A DNA stretch of 64,000 nt from a virus (taxonomy: Duplodnaviria > Heunggongvirae > Uroviricota > Caudoviricetes). The DNA lies in IMG/VR virus record IMGVR_UViG_2740892229_000011, one strand, 5' to 3'. Shown in pieces: positions 23,301 to 32,541 of this stretch. Positions within the stretch are counted from its first letter, which is position 1. Each line of letters opens with the position of its first letter. Made by a program: the position numbers and the translations under genes. The notes beneath the pieces were generated by a model, which did no database searches, had not been told where the DNA came from, and worked only from the letters and a program-made list of their open reading frames with translations.

Positions 23301-23907
23301 TGAATTGATGGGAAACCTTGTCATAGATGCAGTTAAAGCCTCACGTCCGTTTGAGATGAACCCCAAACGTTCGGCTGAGATTAACGTGCTCATGACACGG
23401 ATGGCGGCTGAAATGGGCTTAGGTGATGAACTAATCCGCCCCAGCATTGGTATTAAGCCGAAAATCATGATCATTCTGGACAATGCAAACGGCAATGATG
23501 CTCGAACCGGTTACTTCATGGAGAACGGATACGACGATTTTAAGGCCAAGCTGTTGACGGCTGGAGATTTGCGCATGGGCGATCTGTATGTCACAGGCGT
23601 TTGCAAAAAGGTGAAAGACAAAGAAAAGGACTACACCAAAGACGAGATCGGCCAGTTCACCGACTTTATGCGTGAAGAGATCAATCTGGTACGTCCGACC
23701 TATGTGCTGACGTGTGGCAGTCGGGCAACGGCATTGTTTAACAACAAAAACAAGCCATCCGATTTAGTCGGTAGGAAGGAGTATCTTCCAGACCTTGACG
23801 TTACAGTCTTTTACGGGTTTAACCCCAACATTCTTTACTTCAGACCTGAAGAGGGAGAACGACTAGAAGCGATATTAGCCGACGTAGCAGAAACTATTAA
23901 GTCGTGA
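20389..23907 (+). CDS. DnaE-type DNA polymerase III alpha subunit homolog (PHP + polymerase core)
   Basis: 1172 aa; layout with N-terminal PHP-like region and central polymerase region (motifs GFCGYFLMVRDL, PGRGSSAGSLVA) resembling bacterial DnaE. Confidence 0.85.
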   Translation: MKALMVRTDFSLGESALKAENAVKIAREAGYTAVISADSMNIASVIPLQRAAGDDMAVICGVKLNIVDDPTYEHRAKLAKESKGCMESLERGRNYSFTALIKNEKGYRDICELMTAANTREQFYFVPRLSLEQLVSTYAKGNIILLTSDIGSVFQRNDFAKIISTLITAGGKDNFYSVVYPHPTPFYDQINVRAMKVASALKIEPVAFYPAYYESIDDADIKDIAHMVTNNIKIDQPHRLRIPHQRDNAVNGRRHLLEALKAFSVRMDVPVTAAMASTTQDTIIDACTWRWHELPPALPKMADDEPATLMKLAVAGLRKRLTTKEFGYTPPASENRVYVERLKYEMDTLTRLGFCGYFLMVRDLMNHSRETGIPVGPGRGSSAGSLVAWCIGITNVDPIRHGLLFERFINPERLDLPDADLDFSQARRHEVIEYLNERYGEDYVAGIPNFTYLGAASALRDTARIYGVESADMAVSKELRNVEDDSLPLEELREQLASLDKYATKYPDAFNAACKLQSLMRGFGRHAAGMIVAGVPLTERTPVERRGDARCIAFDKRYCEAMGLIKLDVLGLATLDLLDSAKRYIKENTGEDINLDAISLEDRKVLDGFAAGYTQGVFQLESGPMRKLLKDLGGGIEPMSFKTVVATTALFRPGPIQSGMLDDYVSVAKGFMTPESLHPVLDELTAETNGVILYQEQTMNATRLLAGFTMAEADGVRKAIGKKDMEKMKSMGEKFIVQAQAGWIDVELEDGTTQRIHRAEHFKCEDGTLKTVEEALEFGAKLPINAVRVTASHPGLSEMKAKEIWTAFEKNGAYQFNKSHSVAYSLISYQSMWLKTHYPAEFFAAALTILGEDKHQGLVKDALTYGIRVLPPDVNVSSNRIEIRTLEDGSQVLYAPFSAVKGCSENGCQAIMRAREKVGGKFESLAQFEEAVEKRACNSRVRESLQKVGAFASIEPGSLPATDPERLRDQAELMGNLVIDAVKASRPFEMNPKRSAEINVLMTRMAAEMGLGDELIRPSIGIKPKIMIILDNANGNDARTGYFMENGYDDFKAKLLTAGDLRMGDLYVTGVCKKVKDKEKDYTKDEIGQFTDFMREEINLVRPTYVLTCGSRATALFNNKNKPSDLVGRKEYLPDLDVTVFYGFNPNILYFRPEEGERLEAILADVAETIKS

Positions 23908-24032
23908 TCCAATAAACATGGCCTCTATGGCCATGTTTTCTCTTATCCCCTCATATCCCCTATCCTCGAACTCCTTGCCTTATCATCACAATGATATAAT
24001 CAATATAAGATGATAAGTAAAAAGGAAAGCAC

Positions 24033-24464
24033 ATGATCACCGATATTTACGAGAAAATAATGTCTGATCTCGAGTTTGACCGAGACAATCTGGAGGAAGT
24101 CTGGCGTAGACAACCCCGCCTTTTAATGGAGTATGGCTCAAAACTCGCTCATGCAGAAAGAAGTGTCGCAGAGGCAAAACTTAACCTTGAAGCTGTTGAA
24201 GCAAAGCTATACGACACAGAGCGTAAGAACTTGAGTATGAACGGCATTAAGTTCAACGAGTCTGTACTGGACGCTAAGGTTAAAACAAACCCACAGTATC
24301 TATCTAAACGTCAGAAGTTGGATGACGCACGGCACATAGCAGACATATACAAACATGCTGTCGCCGCCTTTTCGCATCGCCGAGACATGATCGTTCAGGC
24401 GTCGAAGATGGCCATTGTTGAATTAGAGCGATTAGGCTCCGAACGCTTTATTACTCCCCGTTGA
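24033..24464 (+). CDS. hypothetical protein (possible UvsY-like recombination mediator)
   Basis: 143-aa helical protein immediately upstream of the SSB gene; similarity to UvsY is only impressionistic. Confidence 0.3.
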   Translation: MITDIYEKIMSDLEFDRDNLEEVWRRQPRLLMEYGSKLAHAERSVAEAKLNLEAVEAKLYDTERKNLSMNGIKFNESVLDAKVKTNPQYLSKRQKLDDARHIADIYKHAVAAFSHRRDMIVQASKMAIVELERLGSERFITPR

Positions 24465-24581
24465 TTTTTGATAGATAATAAGTAAGTACTGATCTATCAT
24501 TTAACAGCTCGAAAGAGCCACGAATGAACGAAAGCCCAACGCGCATAGCGCCATCGGCCAAATCACAACAAGGAGAAACAC

Positions 24582-25610
24582 ATGTCTAAGACATTACTTG
24601 ATTTGCTTAACAAAACTCGTGAAGACATTGCCGCCAAACGTGGTAACAACGTTGATCTGACTCGCTTAAAAGACGGCGTCAACTATATCCGCATCTTCCC
24701 GAATAAAGACGACCCAAACGGTAAGTTCTTCCAGACTTTCGGTATGCACTACGTTAAGTATCAGAACGAGGAAGGTAAAGAAGCAACCAACGCTTATATT
24801 TGTGAGCAACATACTCACGGTCGCGCTTGTCAGCTATGCGAAATGGTGATGGAAGGTCGCGCTCGTCACAAGGGTAACAAAGCAATGGAAGAACGCATCG
24901 GTCAAATGCGTGCCACTCCTCGCTACCTGGTCAACGGCATTCTTTCTGCTCGTGAGGATTTCGCAGATGCTGAGAAATGCCAGTTAATCGAGCTGCCGTC
25001 TACTGTATTCGATGATATCTGCAAAGCAATCACCGAAGACATCGCTGATGATATCGGCAATCCACTGAGCAAAGAGGAAGGCTACGCATTCCTGATTAAA
25101 CGTACTGGCTCTGGTCGCGATACCAAATATGACGTCTCGCCTAAGCGTAAAGTCTACAAAGGCGATATCGAAGATAAATTCTGGAACACCCAGCATGATC
25201 TGATCGCATACGCAAATCAGGCTGATGAAACTCGTCTTCTGTCGACAGTTCGCACTATGGGTCGTCTGATTGGCATCGCTGCACCAACTGCCGCAGCATC
25301 TGCACCAGCAATATCCTCAACCGCGAAAACATCGGCTGCGGCACTACCTGGATTTGGCTCTGTCACTGGTCATACAGAAGGAGCGACGGCTGTAGCAACC
25401 GCGCACACACCGGCTTCTGAACCAACCAGTCTGGTTGATGAAGAAATCCTCCGTGCCGTTGAAACTGAATTTAAACCAGAGGCAAGTTCCGCTGCCGTTG
25501 CCGTATCAGTCAAAGAGTCTGAAGCAGTCGCAGCGACATCTGTAGCAACCGCATCTGCGACGGAAGATGAAGGTCTGGATGACCTACTGAGAGAGCTGGA
25601 CTCTCTGTAA
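24582..25610 (+). CDS. T4 gp32-like single-stranded DNA-binding protein
   Basis: His/Cys zinc motif (H..C..C-x2-C in HYVKYQ..YICEQHTHGRACQLCE), N-terminal resemblance to gp32 (YIRIFPNKDDPNGKFF), acidic C-terminal tail. Confidence 0.55.
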   Translation: MSKTLLDLLNKTREDIAAKRGNNVDLTRLKDGVNYIRIFPNKDDPNGKFFQTFGMHYVKYQNEEGKEATNAYICEQHTHGRACQLCEMVMEGRARHKGNKAMEERIGQMRATPRYLVNGILSAREDFADAEKCQLIELPSTVFDDICKAITEDIADDIGNPLSKEEGYAFLIKRTGSGRDTKYDVSPKRKVYKGDIEDKFWNTQHDLIAYANQADETRLLSTVRTMGRLIGIAAPTAAASAPAISSTAKTSAAALPGFGSVTGHTEGATAVATAHTPASEPTSLVDEEILRAVETEFKPEASSAAVAVSVKESEAVAATSVATASATEDEGLDDLLRELDSL

Positions 25611-25626
25611 TCCCATTACGTGACCA

Positions 25627-25656
25627 GTAAGGCGTCTACGGACGCCTTACTTTTTG
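25627..25656 (+). terminator. Intrinsic terminator (AGGCGTC-N4-GACGCCT + T-run); one of three near-identical copies
   Basis: taaggcgtctacggacgccttacttttt directly after the SSB stop; copies at 29228-29255 and 30366-30392. Confidence 0.6.
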
Positions 25657-25670
25657 GAAGGAATGTACCG

Positions 25671-26615
25671 GTGAATTATCTCTTCGTAGATGGCAATAGC
25701 CTGGGTTATTACCACCAACAATCTGACAAATTGCACAACGGCGAAATGGAAGTACAGGCTGCTTTCGGCTTTGTTAAGAACGTCCGTCGTTATGCCTCCA
25801 TCCTCCATGCCCGACCTATGATTCTTTGGGATGGATTTAGTGACAAGCGTCGCGACTTTTACCCGGACTACAAAGCAAATCGCGACGACGATCCTGATAT
25901 GAAAAAGATGAAGGAAGGCTTTGCTATCCAGAAGCCATACATCCTCAAAATGATGACCGCGCTTGGAGTTACCCAACTCATTGCAAAAGATGCAGAAGCG
26001 GATGATCTGGCCGGGCTGCTGGTATCCCGCATGGCACCGCAGCCAACCGTTGAACACATCTATCTGTTAACAGGCGATAGCGACTGGCTTCAGTTAGTTC
26101 GTGAAAACGTAAGCTGGGTAAGCCTGCGTGAAGACGCCAAAAACAAGCAGGTTAATTTTGAGCAATTTGCGGAGCTGACAGGATTCGCCACGCCTCGCGC
26201 ATTTTTGGAAGCAAAAGCATTACAAGGCGATAACTCGGACAACATTAGCGGTGTTGGTGGCATTGGTGCTGGCGGTGCGAAAGAGCTGCTGCATGAATGG
26301 GGAAGTGTCGCAACGATGGTACGCGGCATCAACGACGGCTCAATCGTGGTTAATAAAGGGCGTCATAAGACCGCCTTCAACAAACTAGCGAAGAATGCCT
26401 TCAACGAGAAAACAGGCTGTCGAATGCTCGAAGCGTTCAAGAGAAACATCACGCTAATGAACCTGATTGAGACGAAGTTTCCGCCTACCGAAATCGAAAC
26501 AATCAAAGGCAATCGTGACGTGAAAGCATTCGAGCAACTGTGCTACGAGCTGAATTTCCGTTCGTTCCTTGAAGACCTTGAAGTGTTTGTTCTTCCATTC
26601 GAAAGGTATTGCTAA
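25671..26615 (+). CDS. 5'-3' exonuclease / flap endonuclease (FEN, T4 RNase H / Pol I 5'-exo family)
   Basis: Motifs LFVDGNSLGYY, ILWDG, EADDLAGLL, LLTGDSDWLQL, H3TH GVGGIGAGGAKELL; start set at GTG after the terminator (track ORF begins 25620). Confidence 0.75.
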   Translation: MNYLFVDGNSLGYYHQQSDKLHNGEMEVQAAFGFVKNVRRYASILHARPMILWDGFSDKRRDFYPDYKANRDDDPDMKKMKEGFAIQKPYILKMMTALGVTQLIAKDAEADDLAGLLVSRMAPQPTVEHIYLLTGDSDWLQLVRENVSWVSLREDAKNKQVNFEQFAELTGFATPRAFLEAKALQGDNSDNISGVGGIGAGGAKELLHEWGSVATMVRGINDGSIVVNKGRHKTAFNKLAKNAFNEKTGCRMLEAFKRNITLMNLIETKFPPTEIETIKGNRDVKAFEQLCYELNFRSFLEDLEVFVLPFERYC

Positions 26616-26881
26616 TGCTTAAATCGATTATCAATGGCGCTACAACCACCCCTGCCCAACTGGCAAAAGAGATTGTCTTTTATCACGGTGAGTACGCTGT
26701 CATCGCACTGCCGTCAATTCTAGGCGCTGCCGGAATGAAAGCGACAGATCGCGAGTTTGGATTAGTCAGCGAGCAGGTCGTAAAAATCCTCGCTCGTGTA
26801 TCCAGACTCCTTAACCACGATGCGATTGTATTCGATGAATCCGCCGCTTTAAAACGAATCAACGAAACAAAAGGAGCCTGA
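26609..26881 (+). CDS. hypothetical protein
   Basis: 90-aa ORF between the FEN and RecA genes. Confidence 0.4.
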   Translation: MLMLKSIINGATTTPAQLAKEIVFYHGEYAVIALPSILGAAGMKATDREFGLVSEQVVKILARVSRLLNHDAIVFDESAALKRINETKGA

Positions 26882-26883
26882 TC

Positions 26884-29223
26884 ATGGCAAAAGGAAAATC
26901 CGCACTGGCACTTGCTCTGAAAAAGAAAATCGGTAGCAACGACGAAATTCAGAAAGTAACTCATTGGATTGATACAGGCTTTCCACCGTTAAACAAAGCT
27001 ATTTCTGGTCGTTACGATGGCGGCTTCCCATGTGGTCGTATCGTCGAAGTATTCGGTCCTCCAAGTGCAGGGAAATGTGTTACCGCAGACACCATGCTGC
27101 TGACGGAGCGTGGAATGGTAACAGTGAAAGAGTTGTTTGAGATTGAAGGGTACAAAGCGACATGCACTACTCGCGATGTAGAGCATAACGTTGGACTCAT
27201 CAATGAAAATGGCGTGATAGAGAAGACCTCACACCTGACATGGAACAACCGTCGCAAATTCAAGCGTATTAAGCTGGCATCAGGCGGTTATATCGAGGCT
27301 ACGTTCCGTCACCCAATCCGTGTGGTTGACGACTTAGGTAATGTCGTCTGGCGACATGCTGAAAAAATCAGTGTAGGCGACACGATTCCTTCAATGGTTG
27401 GCACACATCAATTCGGCGATCAGCACCTGGATGCCAATATCGCAAAACTGATGGGCTATTTAATTGCTGACGGATACGTGGCCTCTGAAAATTCAGTGAA
27501 TTTTTCTAACACAGATCCTTTCATCAAGGATGAGTACTACCGCCTCATTTCGCTGGTATCAGACAAGATGCCAGTTACGAGAAAACATAACGGCTCGGAA
27601 GACCATGTGCTGTTTAGCAAAGAGGTGCGTTCGCTGCTTTTTAAAGAATATGGTCTGGAGTATGAGAAAGCTGCTGGCAAGCAGGTTCCGTTGAGTGTGC
27701 GTCGCGCCAATAGCGAGGCTCAAATTGCATTCCTTCGCGGCTACTTTGAGCTGGAATGCCACGTCAATGATGGTCGCTGCATTGAGGTTGTGAGCGCGAG
27801 TGGGCTGCTGCTACAGCAAATTCGCCTCATGCTCCTGAATCTGGGGATTACGTCAACTATCTCTGAAAAACACGTCGCGGGTTATGAAAATACATATTAC
27901 CGGCTGTCATTCAGTGGCTCTAATTACGACCTTTTTCTGTCAACGATTGGTTTCGAATCTCCGGCACGTTTATCAGTGGCAACCAAACGGGACATTGGTT
28001 TTGACCGCACTTACTCAGGCTATGTTCCGCACATCAGCGGCTTAGTGAAATCACTCTACGAGTCGCTCACCAAGACCACCCGTGAAGACTACGCTCTGGT
28101 AGACCACGTTATTGGCCGCGGCGATCGTGTCGGAATAGACAAACTGCGAGAAATCTATGTCTCCTTCATTGGCAGAAAGAATCGTTTTAACGAGCATCTG
28201 TTTGCACAACTGGCAGCGGTAATTGGCTCTAACTTGTTCTACGACGAAGTCGTGGCTATTGAGGAAGGTGAAGCACCAACGTTCGACGTAGCGATGCCGG
28301 AAACACACTCTTTCTGGTCTAACGGGATTATCAGCCACAACACATTCCTTGCAACAGCAGCGATGATCTCCGCTCAAAAACAAGATGGTCTGGCGGTATT
28401 CCTCGATCATGAAAACAGTTTTGACGTTGGCCTGGCTGTAGCCAATGGCCTGAACGCAGATGAGGATGACGGTCAGTGGGTATACAAGCAGCCAGATACC
28501 TTCGAAGACTCTGTAGAGTTGATCGGCACAATACTTAAATTGGTTCGTGATGAAGAGCTTATCCCCGAATCAGCACCTATCTGTATCGTGGCTGACTCAC
28601 TTGCGTCTATGGTTCCGAACTCCAAAGCCGAGAAGTTCGAAAAGATGGCTGAAGGCACTGCCAAAGACAAAGATCAGCTAAACATGAACGACAATACGGC
28701 ACTGGCTCGTGCGACAAGTGCGAACTTCCCTACTCTGGCTTTGTGGGCACGCAAATACAACGCCTGCATCATCTTCTTGAATCAGGTTCGCACAAAAATC
28801 GGTGTAATGTTTGGCGACCCTACTACGTCGCCAGGTGGAGATTCACCGAAGTTCTACGCTTCTGTACGTATCCGTCTTGGTGCATCGGTGATGAAGGATG
28901 GTAAAGAGAAGATCGGCCAGGACGTAGGCGCAGAATGCATCAAAAACAAAGTTGCACCACCGTATGGCAAATGCACCTGGAAATTCTACTTCGATCCTAC
29001 TCGTGGCCTCGACGTTATCGAATCGCTCGTCGAGTACATGCTGGAAGAAGGATACCTGCCAAAGAACGCCAGCGGGCGAGTTGAAATTGGTGACAAGAAA
29101 TACACCAAATCGCAGATCGTCGAGATGTATCGGGAGAAGCCACTGGCTGAAATCATTGCGGCTTTGCAGGCAATCGACGACCGAAGAGCAAAAGACAACC
29201 CCACCGAGTCAGTAGAAGAGTAA
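26884..29223 (+). CDS. RecA-like recombinase interrupted by an intein in the P-loop
   Basis: Extein joins to GPPSAGK|TFLATAAM ... FLNQVRTKIGVMFGDPTTSPGGDSPKFYASVRIRLG, closely matching RecA core motifs; extein about 357 aa. Confidence 0.85.
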   Translation: MAKGKSALALALKKKIGSNDEIQKVTHWIDTGFPPLNKAISGRYDGGFPCGRIVEVFGPPSAGKCVTADTMLLTERGMVTVKELFEIEGYKATCTTRDVEHNVGLINENGVIEKTSHLTWNNRRKFKRIKLASGGYIEATFRHPIRVVDDLGNVVWRHAEKISVGDTIPSMVGTHQFGDQHLDANIAKLMGYLIADGYVASENSVNFSNTDPFIKDEYYRLISLVSDKMPVTRKHNGSEDHVLFSKEVRSLLFKEYGLEYEKAAGKQVPLSVRRANSEAQIAFLRGYFELECHVNDGRCIEVVSASGLLLQQIRLMLLNLGITSTISEKHVAGYENTYYRLSFSGSNYDLFLSTIGFESPARLSVATKRDIGFDRTYSGYVPHISGLVKSLYESLTKTTREDYALVDHVIGRGDRVGIDKLREIYVSFIGRKNRFNEHLFAQLAAVIGSNLFYDEVVAIEEGEAPTFDVAMPETHSFWSNGIISHNTFLATAAMISAQKQDGLAVFLDHENSFDVGLAVANGLNADEDDGQWVYKQPDTFEDSVELIGTILKLVRDEELIPESAPICIVADSLASMVPNSKAEKFEKMAEGTAKDKDQLNMNDNTALARATSANFPTLALWARKYNACIIFLNQVRTKIGVMFGDPTTSPGGDSPKFYASVRIRLGASVMKDGKEKIGQDVGAECIKNKVAPPYGKCTWKFYFDPTRGLDVIESLVEYMLEEGYLPKNASGRVEIGDKKYTKSQIVEMYREKPLAEIIAALQAIDDRRAKDNPTESVEE
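27076..28341 (+). other. Intein (422 aa) with LAGLIDADG homing-endonuclease domain inside the RecA Walker A motif
   Basis: Starts with Cys (CVTADTML), block B TxxH (ATFRHPIRV), LAGLIDADG motifs (LMGYLIADGYV, FLRGYFELECHV), ends SHN followed by Thr +1. Confidence 0.8.
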
Positions 29224-29227
29224 ACAC

Positions 29228-29255
29228 AAGGCGTCCACAGGACGCCTTTTTTATC
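29228..29255 (+). terminator. Intrinsic terminator after the RecA gene
   Basis: aaggcgtccacaggacgcctttttta. Confidence 0.65.
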
Positions 29256-29315
29256 TCTTGAAAATATATAAGTACTTACTTATTATTTTCGCATAACAAC
29301 CACATAGGAAAACAC

Positions 29316-29516
29316 ATGATCAAAATCTATCTATTGGCAGTAGCCACAGGCCTTTCAGTGGCTCTCATCTACGGTTTACTGGTTCCGTCGCTGATTTCTA
29401 CCAAGAGTGATTTAGCCGTCATGTTTGGAGTTATCGTTGGTTTTGGTGCTCCTGTAATCGGTCTTATTGCTGGTCGTAAGTTTATCAACTCATTAATCAA
29501 AGCAAAGGGGAAATAA
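29316..29516 (+). CDS. small membrane protein
   Basis: 66 aa, two hydrophobic helices; immediately upstream of the SPFH lipoprotein gene. Confidence 0.45.
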   Translation: MIKIYLLAVATGLSVALIYGLLVPSLISTKSDLAVMFGVIVGFGAPVIGLIAGRKFINSLIKAKGK

Positions 29517-29519
29517 GTA

Positions 29520-30350
29520 ATGAAGAAAGGTTTACTTGCAGTTGCTCTGGCGGCTATTTGCACAATGGGTCTTACTGGCTGTGATCGCGTGGAGCCTGGA
29601 TACGTTGGCATCAAAGTAAACAAATTAGGTGAAGACAAAGGGATCGGTGAAGTGGTTGGCGTTGGTCGCCAATGGACAGGTCTTAACACCGAACTTTACG
29701 TATTCCCGACCTTCAAACAAATGAAGACCTACGACGAGCCGTTCACATTCCAGATGAGTGACGGTACTGCTATTGGTCACAAAATTGGCGTTGCGTATCT
29801 GGTTAATCGTGACAAGGTAACGACGGTGTTCCAGACCTATCGCAAAGGCGTAGACGATATCACCGAATCAGATCTGCGTCAGAAAATTGCCGACTCTCTA
29901 AACCGTTTGGCCAGCCGTATGACCACTGACTCATTTATCGACGGTGGTAAGGCGCAATTGCTGGACAACGCACTGAAAGATATTCAGAAAGAGATGTCTC
30001 CGGTTGGTATTGAGGTACTGAGCCTGTCATGGGTTGGAAAGCCTGATTACCCAAAAACTGTCATTGAATCTATTAACGCCAAAGTAACGGCTAACCAGCG
30101 TACTCTGCAACGTCAGCAGGAAGTTGAACAACGTAAAGCTGAGGCGAATATGCTACGTGAACAGGCTAATGGTGAAGCTGATGCTATCCGTGCTCGTGCG
30201 CAAGCAGAAGCAGACGCCATTCGTCTGCGCGGTGAAGCTCTGCGTCAAAACCCGAACGTTATGGAACTGGAAGCCATCAATAAATGGAATGGCCAGTTAC
30301 CGCAGTACATGACTCAAGGGGCTAACACTCCTTTCATTACAGTGAAATAA
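29520..30350 (+). CDS. SPFH/band-7 (prohibitin-like) lipoprotein
   Basis: Lipobox LTGC; band-7-like core; C-terminal coiled coil rich in EAxA/RxR repeats. Confidence 0.55.
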   Translation: MKKGLLAVALAAICTMGLTGCDRVEPGYVGIKVNKLGEDKGIGEVVGVGRQWTGLNTELYVFPTFKQMKTYDEPFTFQMSDGTAIGHKIGVAYLVNRDKVTTVFQTYRKGVDDITESDLRQKIADSLNRLASRMTTDSFIDGGKAQLLDNALKDIQKEMSPVGIEVLSLSWVGKPDYPKTVIESINAKVTANQRTLQRQQEVEQRKAEANMLREQANGEADAIRARAQAEADAIRLRGEALRQNPNVMELEAINKWNGQLPQYMTQGANTPFITVK

Positions 30351-30365
30351 CTCCCCTAAAAAGTT

Positions 30366-30392
30366 CAGGCGTCCAGTTGGACGCCTTTTTTA
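30366..30392 (+). terminator. Intrinsic terminator after the SPFH gene
   Basis: caggcgtccagttggacgcctttttta. Confidence 0.65.
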
Positions 30393-30441
30393 TCGCAATT
30401 ATCTTATTAAGAAAACAATTTGTTTAAAAGAATAAGAAAAC

Positions 30442-30867
30442 ATGACAGCTATTAAGAAACTCTACGATGCCGCAAACGTGGCTCTGGATGTTATTGATGA
30501 TGAAGCAGCAAAAGGCTTTCCTGAACCTGATTGGGCGCATCAGCTACGAAACGCTATCGCCGAAATGAATCCACCAGATCCGACCACCGACGAGACAGAC
30601 TGGCAGCGATTTATCCGTATGTACGCTCAGGAAATAGGTCCAACGCCAACGGCAGAGCAAGCAATGCTGCTGAAATACTTCAAAGAGGCGGGAGAGGATT
30701 TACCAATTGATGACTCAGCATATTGGTTCCACTGCGCATGGCGTAAGTATGACGTGATATTCACACAAGGCATGGGGAGCAAAGATATGGTTGTGTGGCA
30801 TCTACTCCATATAGACACAGCCGTTGACAGAGTTATTGAACAGTTTTTCCCTAAACAAGAAGATTGA
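30442..30867 (+). CDS. hypothetical protein
   Basis: 141-aa ORF preceded by motif-1 palindrome and RBS. Confidence 0.5.
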   Translation: MTAIKKLYDAANVALDVIDDEAAKGFPEPDWAHQLRNAIAEMNPPDPTTDETDWQRFIRMYAQEIGPTPTAEQAMLLKYFKEAGEDLPIDDSAYWFHCAWRKYDVIFTQGMGSKDMVVWHLLHIDTAVDRVIEQFFPKQED

Positions 30868-30922
30868 TCGCCTATTCATAACTAACAAAATAAGTAAACA
30901 CTAACCACAAAAGGAAAAACAC

Positions 30923-31198
30923 ATGAGAGTTTTAGTTCGAATCGTTACCAGCACTGTCTATGACGTGTTTCCGCTTTTTATGGTCAAAGCCGATGGCCTT
31001 AACGACGAAGAAACTGACGCGCTGATCCAGCGTATTCTCGTTGAATATACAGGTCATGACGCTGATTCAGTGATGGTTGATGATGATGGTGTTTGTTGGC
31101 ATAACGGCAACTGTTGGTACGTAGAAGAGACTCAACAAATCAGTGATGAAGATGCCGCACATCTTGAGCGTATTTTAAGCATCAGCACTTTTGAGTGA
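30923..31198 (+). CDS. hypothetical protein
   Basis: 91-aa ORF with the conserved TIR AAAGGAAAAACACATG. Confidence 0.45.
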   Translation: MRVLVRIVTSTVYDVFPLFMVKADGLNDEETDALIQRILVEYTGHDADSVMVDDDGVCWHNGNCWYVEETQQISDEDAAHLERILSISTFE

Positions 31199-31413
31199 GT
31201 TTACAGTAAAATTTATATAAGTTAGTGTCTACCTATCATGAAGATTTTTATTGAATACTTGTTACTCATCGTTTCAATAGCTTTTGTCATCGACTGCATT
31301 TTCACCGGTGTCATTCGTAAAGTCTTTTCCCCGGTGAACGACGTAGTCATAAACGCTTTGGCTATCGTGCTCGTATTTAATTCAGCATTTGATGTAATCA
31401 AAGAGGTGGCAGC

Positions 31414-31749
31414 ATGAAGGCCATCCCATTCGCGCTGTTGTTCCTTTCTTCGATCGTTGTGGCCGACACCACTGTTTATCAGTGTGAAATGTCTGTAGCC
31501 GACGTTAAGAATGGCGCTCTTACCGACGTCATAAAAGCACCATATGGAGCGATGGTCGTAGACAGCGGCGACCAGTTCTATGTTGTGCGTGACGATCGAG
31601 TGTTGTCATCCCCATATCTCACAAATCGTAATGGCAAATTAACCGGCGTCGGAGAAGACCACTTCGTATACAACAAATACAAGGGCTTCTATGGTGTTCA
31701 CGCTTCTCAGCAAAGCTACCTTTTCGATGACTGCAAGGAGGTTGGATAA
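31414..31749 (+). CDS. small secreted protein
   Basis: N-terminal signal peptide MKAIPFALLFLSSIVVA; SD AGAGG. Confidence 0.45.
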   Translation: MKAIPFALLFLSSIVVADTTVYQCEMSVADVKNGALTDVIKAPYGAMVVDSGDQFYVVRDDRVLSSPYLTNRNGKLTGVGEDHFVYNKYKGFYGVHASQQSYLFDDCKEVG

Positions 31750-31961
31750 TGGCATTAACACTGGCAGGTCTGGAAATCGAGAAAACAAGCGGCTACTGGC
31801 GTGCTAAGGGTTTCAAGCAGCCTGGCATTCTTGAGCGTCTGGAACGTGAAGATGGGTATATCGTCCACCAGCGGCGTGAATGGCGTATGTACGATCCAGA
31901 AACAGGAAAACTGACTACAAAAGCCGGAACACTTTGGGGTCTGTTAAAGAAAATACACTAA
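31749..31961 (+). CDS. hypothetical small protein
   Basis: ATAATGG overlap with the upstream gene; SD AGGAGG. Confidence 0.35.
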   Translation: MALTLAGLEIEKTSGYWRAKGFKQPGILERLEREDGYIVHQRREWRMYDPETGKLTTKAGTLWGLLKKIH

Positions 31962-32004
31962 ATGCAAACTGACTGCGGTACGTTCCGCAGTCATATTTCA
32001 TAGT

Positions 32005-32541
32005 CGTCACCGCTGACAGCATACACAATCAACTACCGCTGATAGCATATCGAGAGTCTATCTCACCGCTCACAGCATACTTTACTCGATTTTTTACCGC
32101 TGACAGCATACTTAAGACATTGCATGAATAATGTGTACCGGTATGGGTATAACCAGAACAAAATTACCGCTGGCAGCATACGAAGGTCTGACATATACCA
32201 TTAATTACCGCTGATAGCATATCCAAACAAAAATTCCTCAATAAAACACCGCTGACAGCATACGTTCTATCAGGGAGCAGCAGGCAATAAATGCCTTTCA
32301 CTACAAGCAATCAGCGCAATAGCAATAGAATGTTAGTGAGCGCAAACCTATATGGAATGCACTCTTCGAGGTTAGTAACCACTGGGGAGGTATGACAGAG
32401 CATTGAGTGGTGATAGATGATTTACCGCCCACAGCATACGTTCATCTCACTATACCGCTGGTAGCATATATTTAACCGTTTACAGCATACTTTTCAGAAA
32501 AATAGCCGCTGATAGCATACATTTCACCGCTGACAGCATAT
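32005..32541. repeat. Iteron array (about 12 copies of 17-bp ACCGCTGACAGCATA[CT]), incA-like copy-control locus downstream of rep
   Basis: Direct and inverted copies at irregular 10-40 bp spacing, with a 150-bp repeat-free gap at 32270-32420. Confidence 0.8.
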
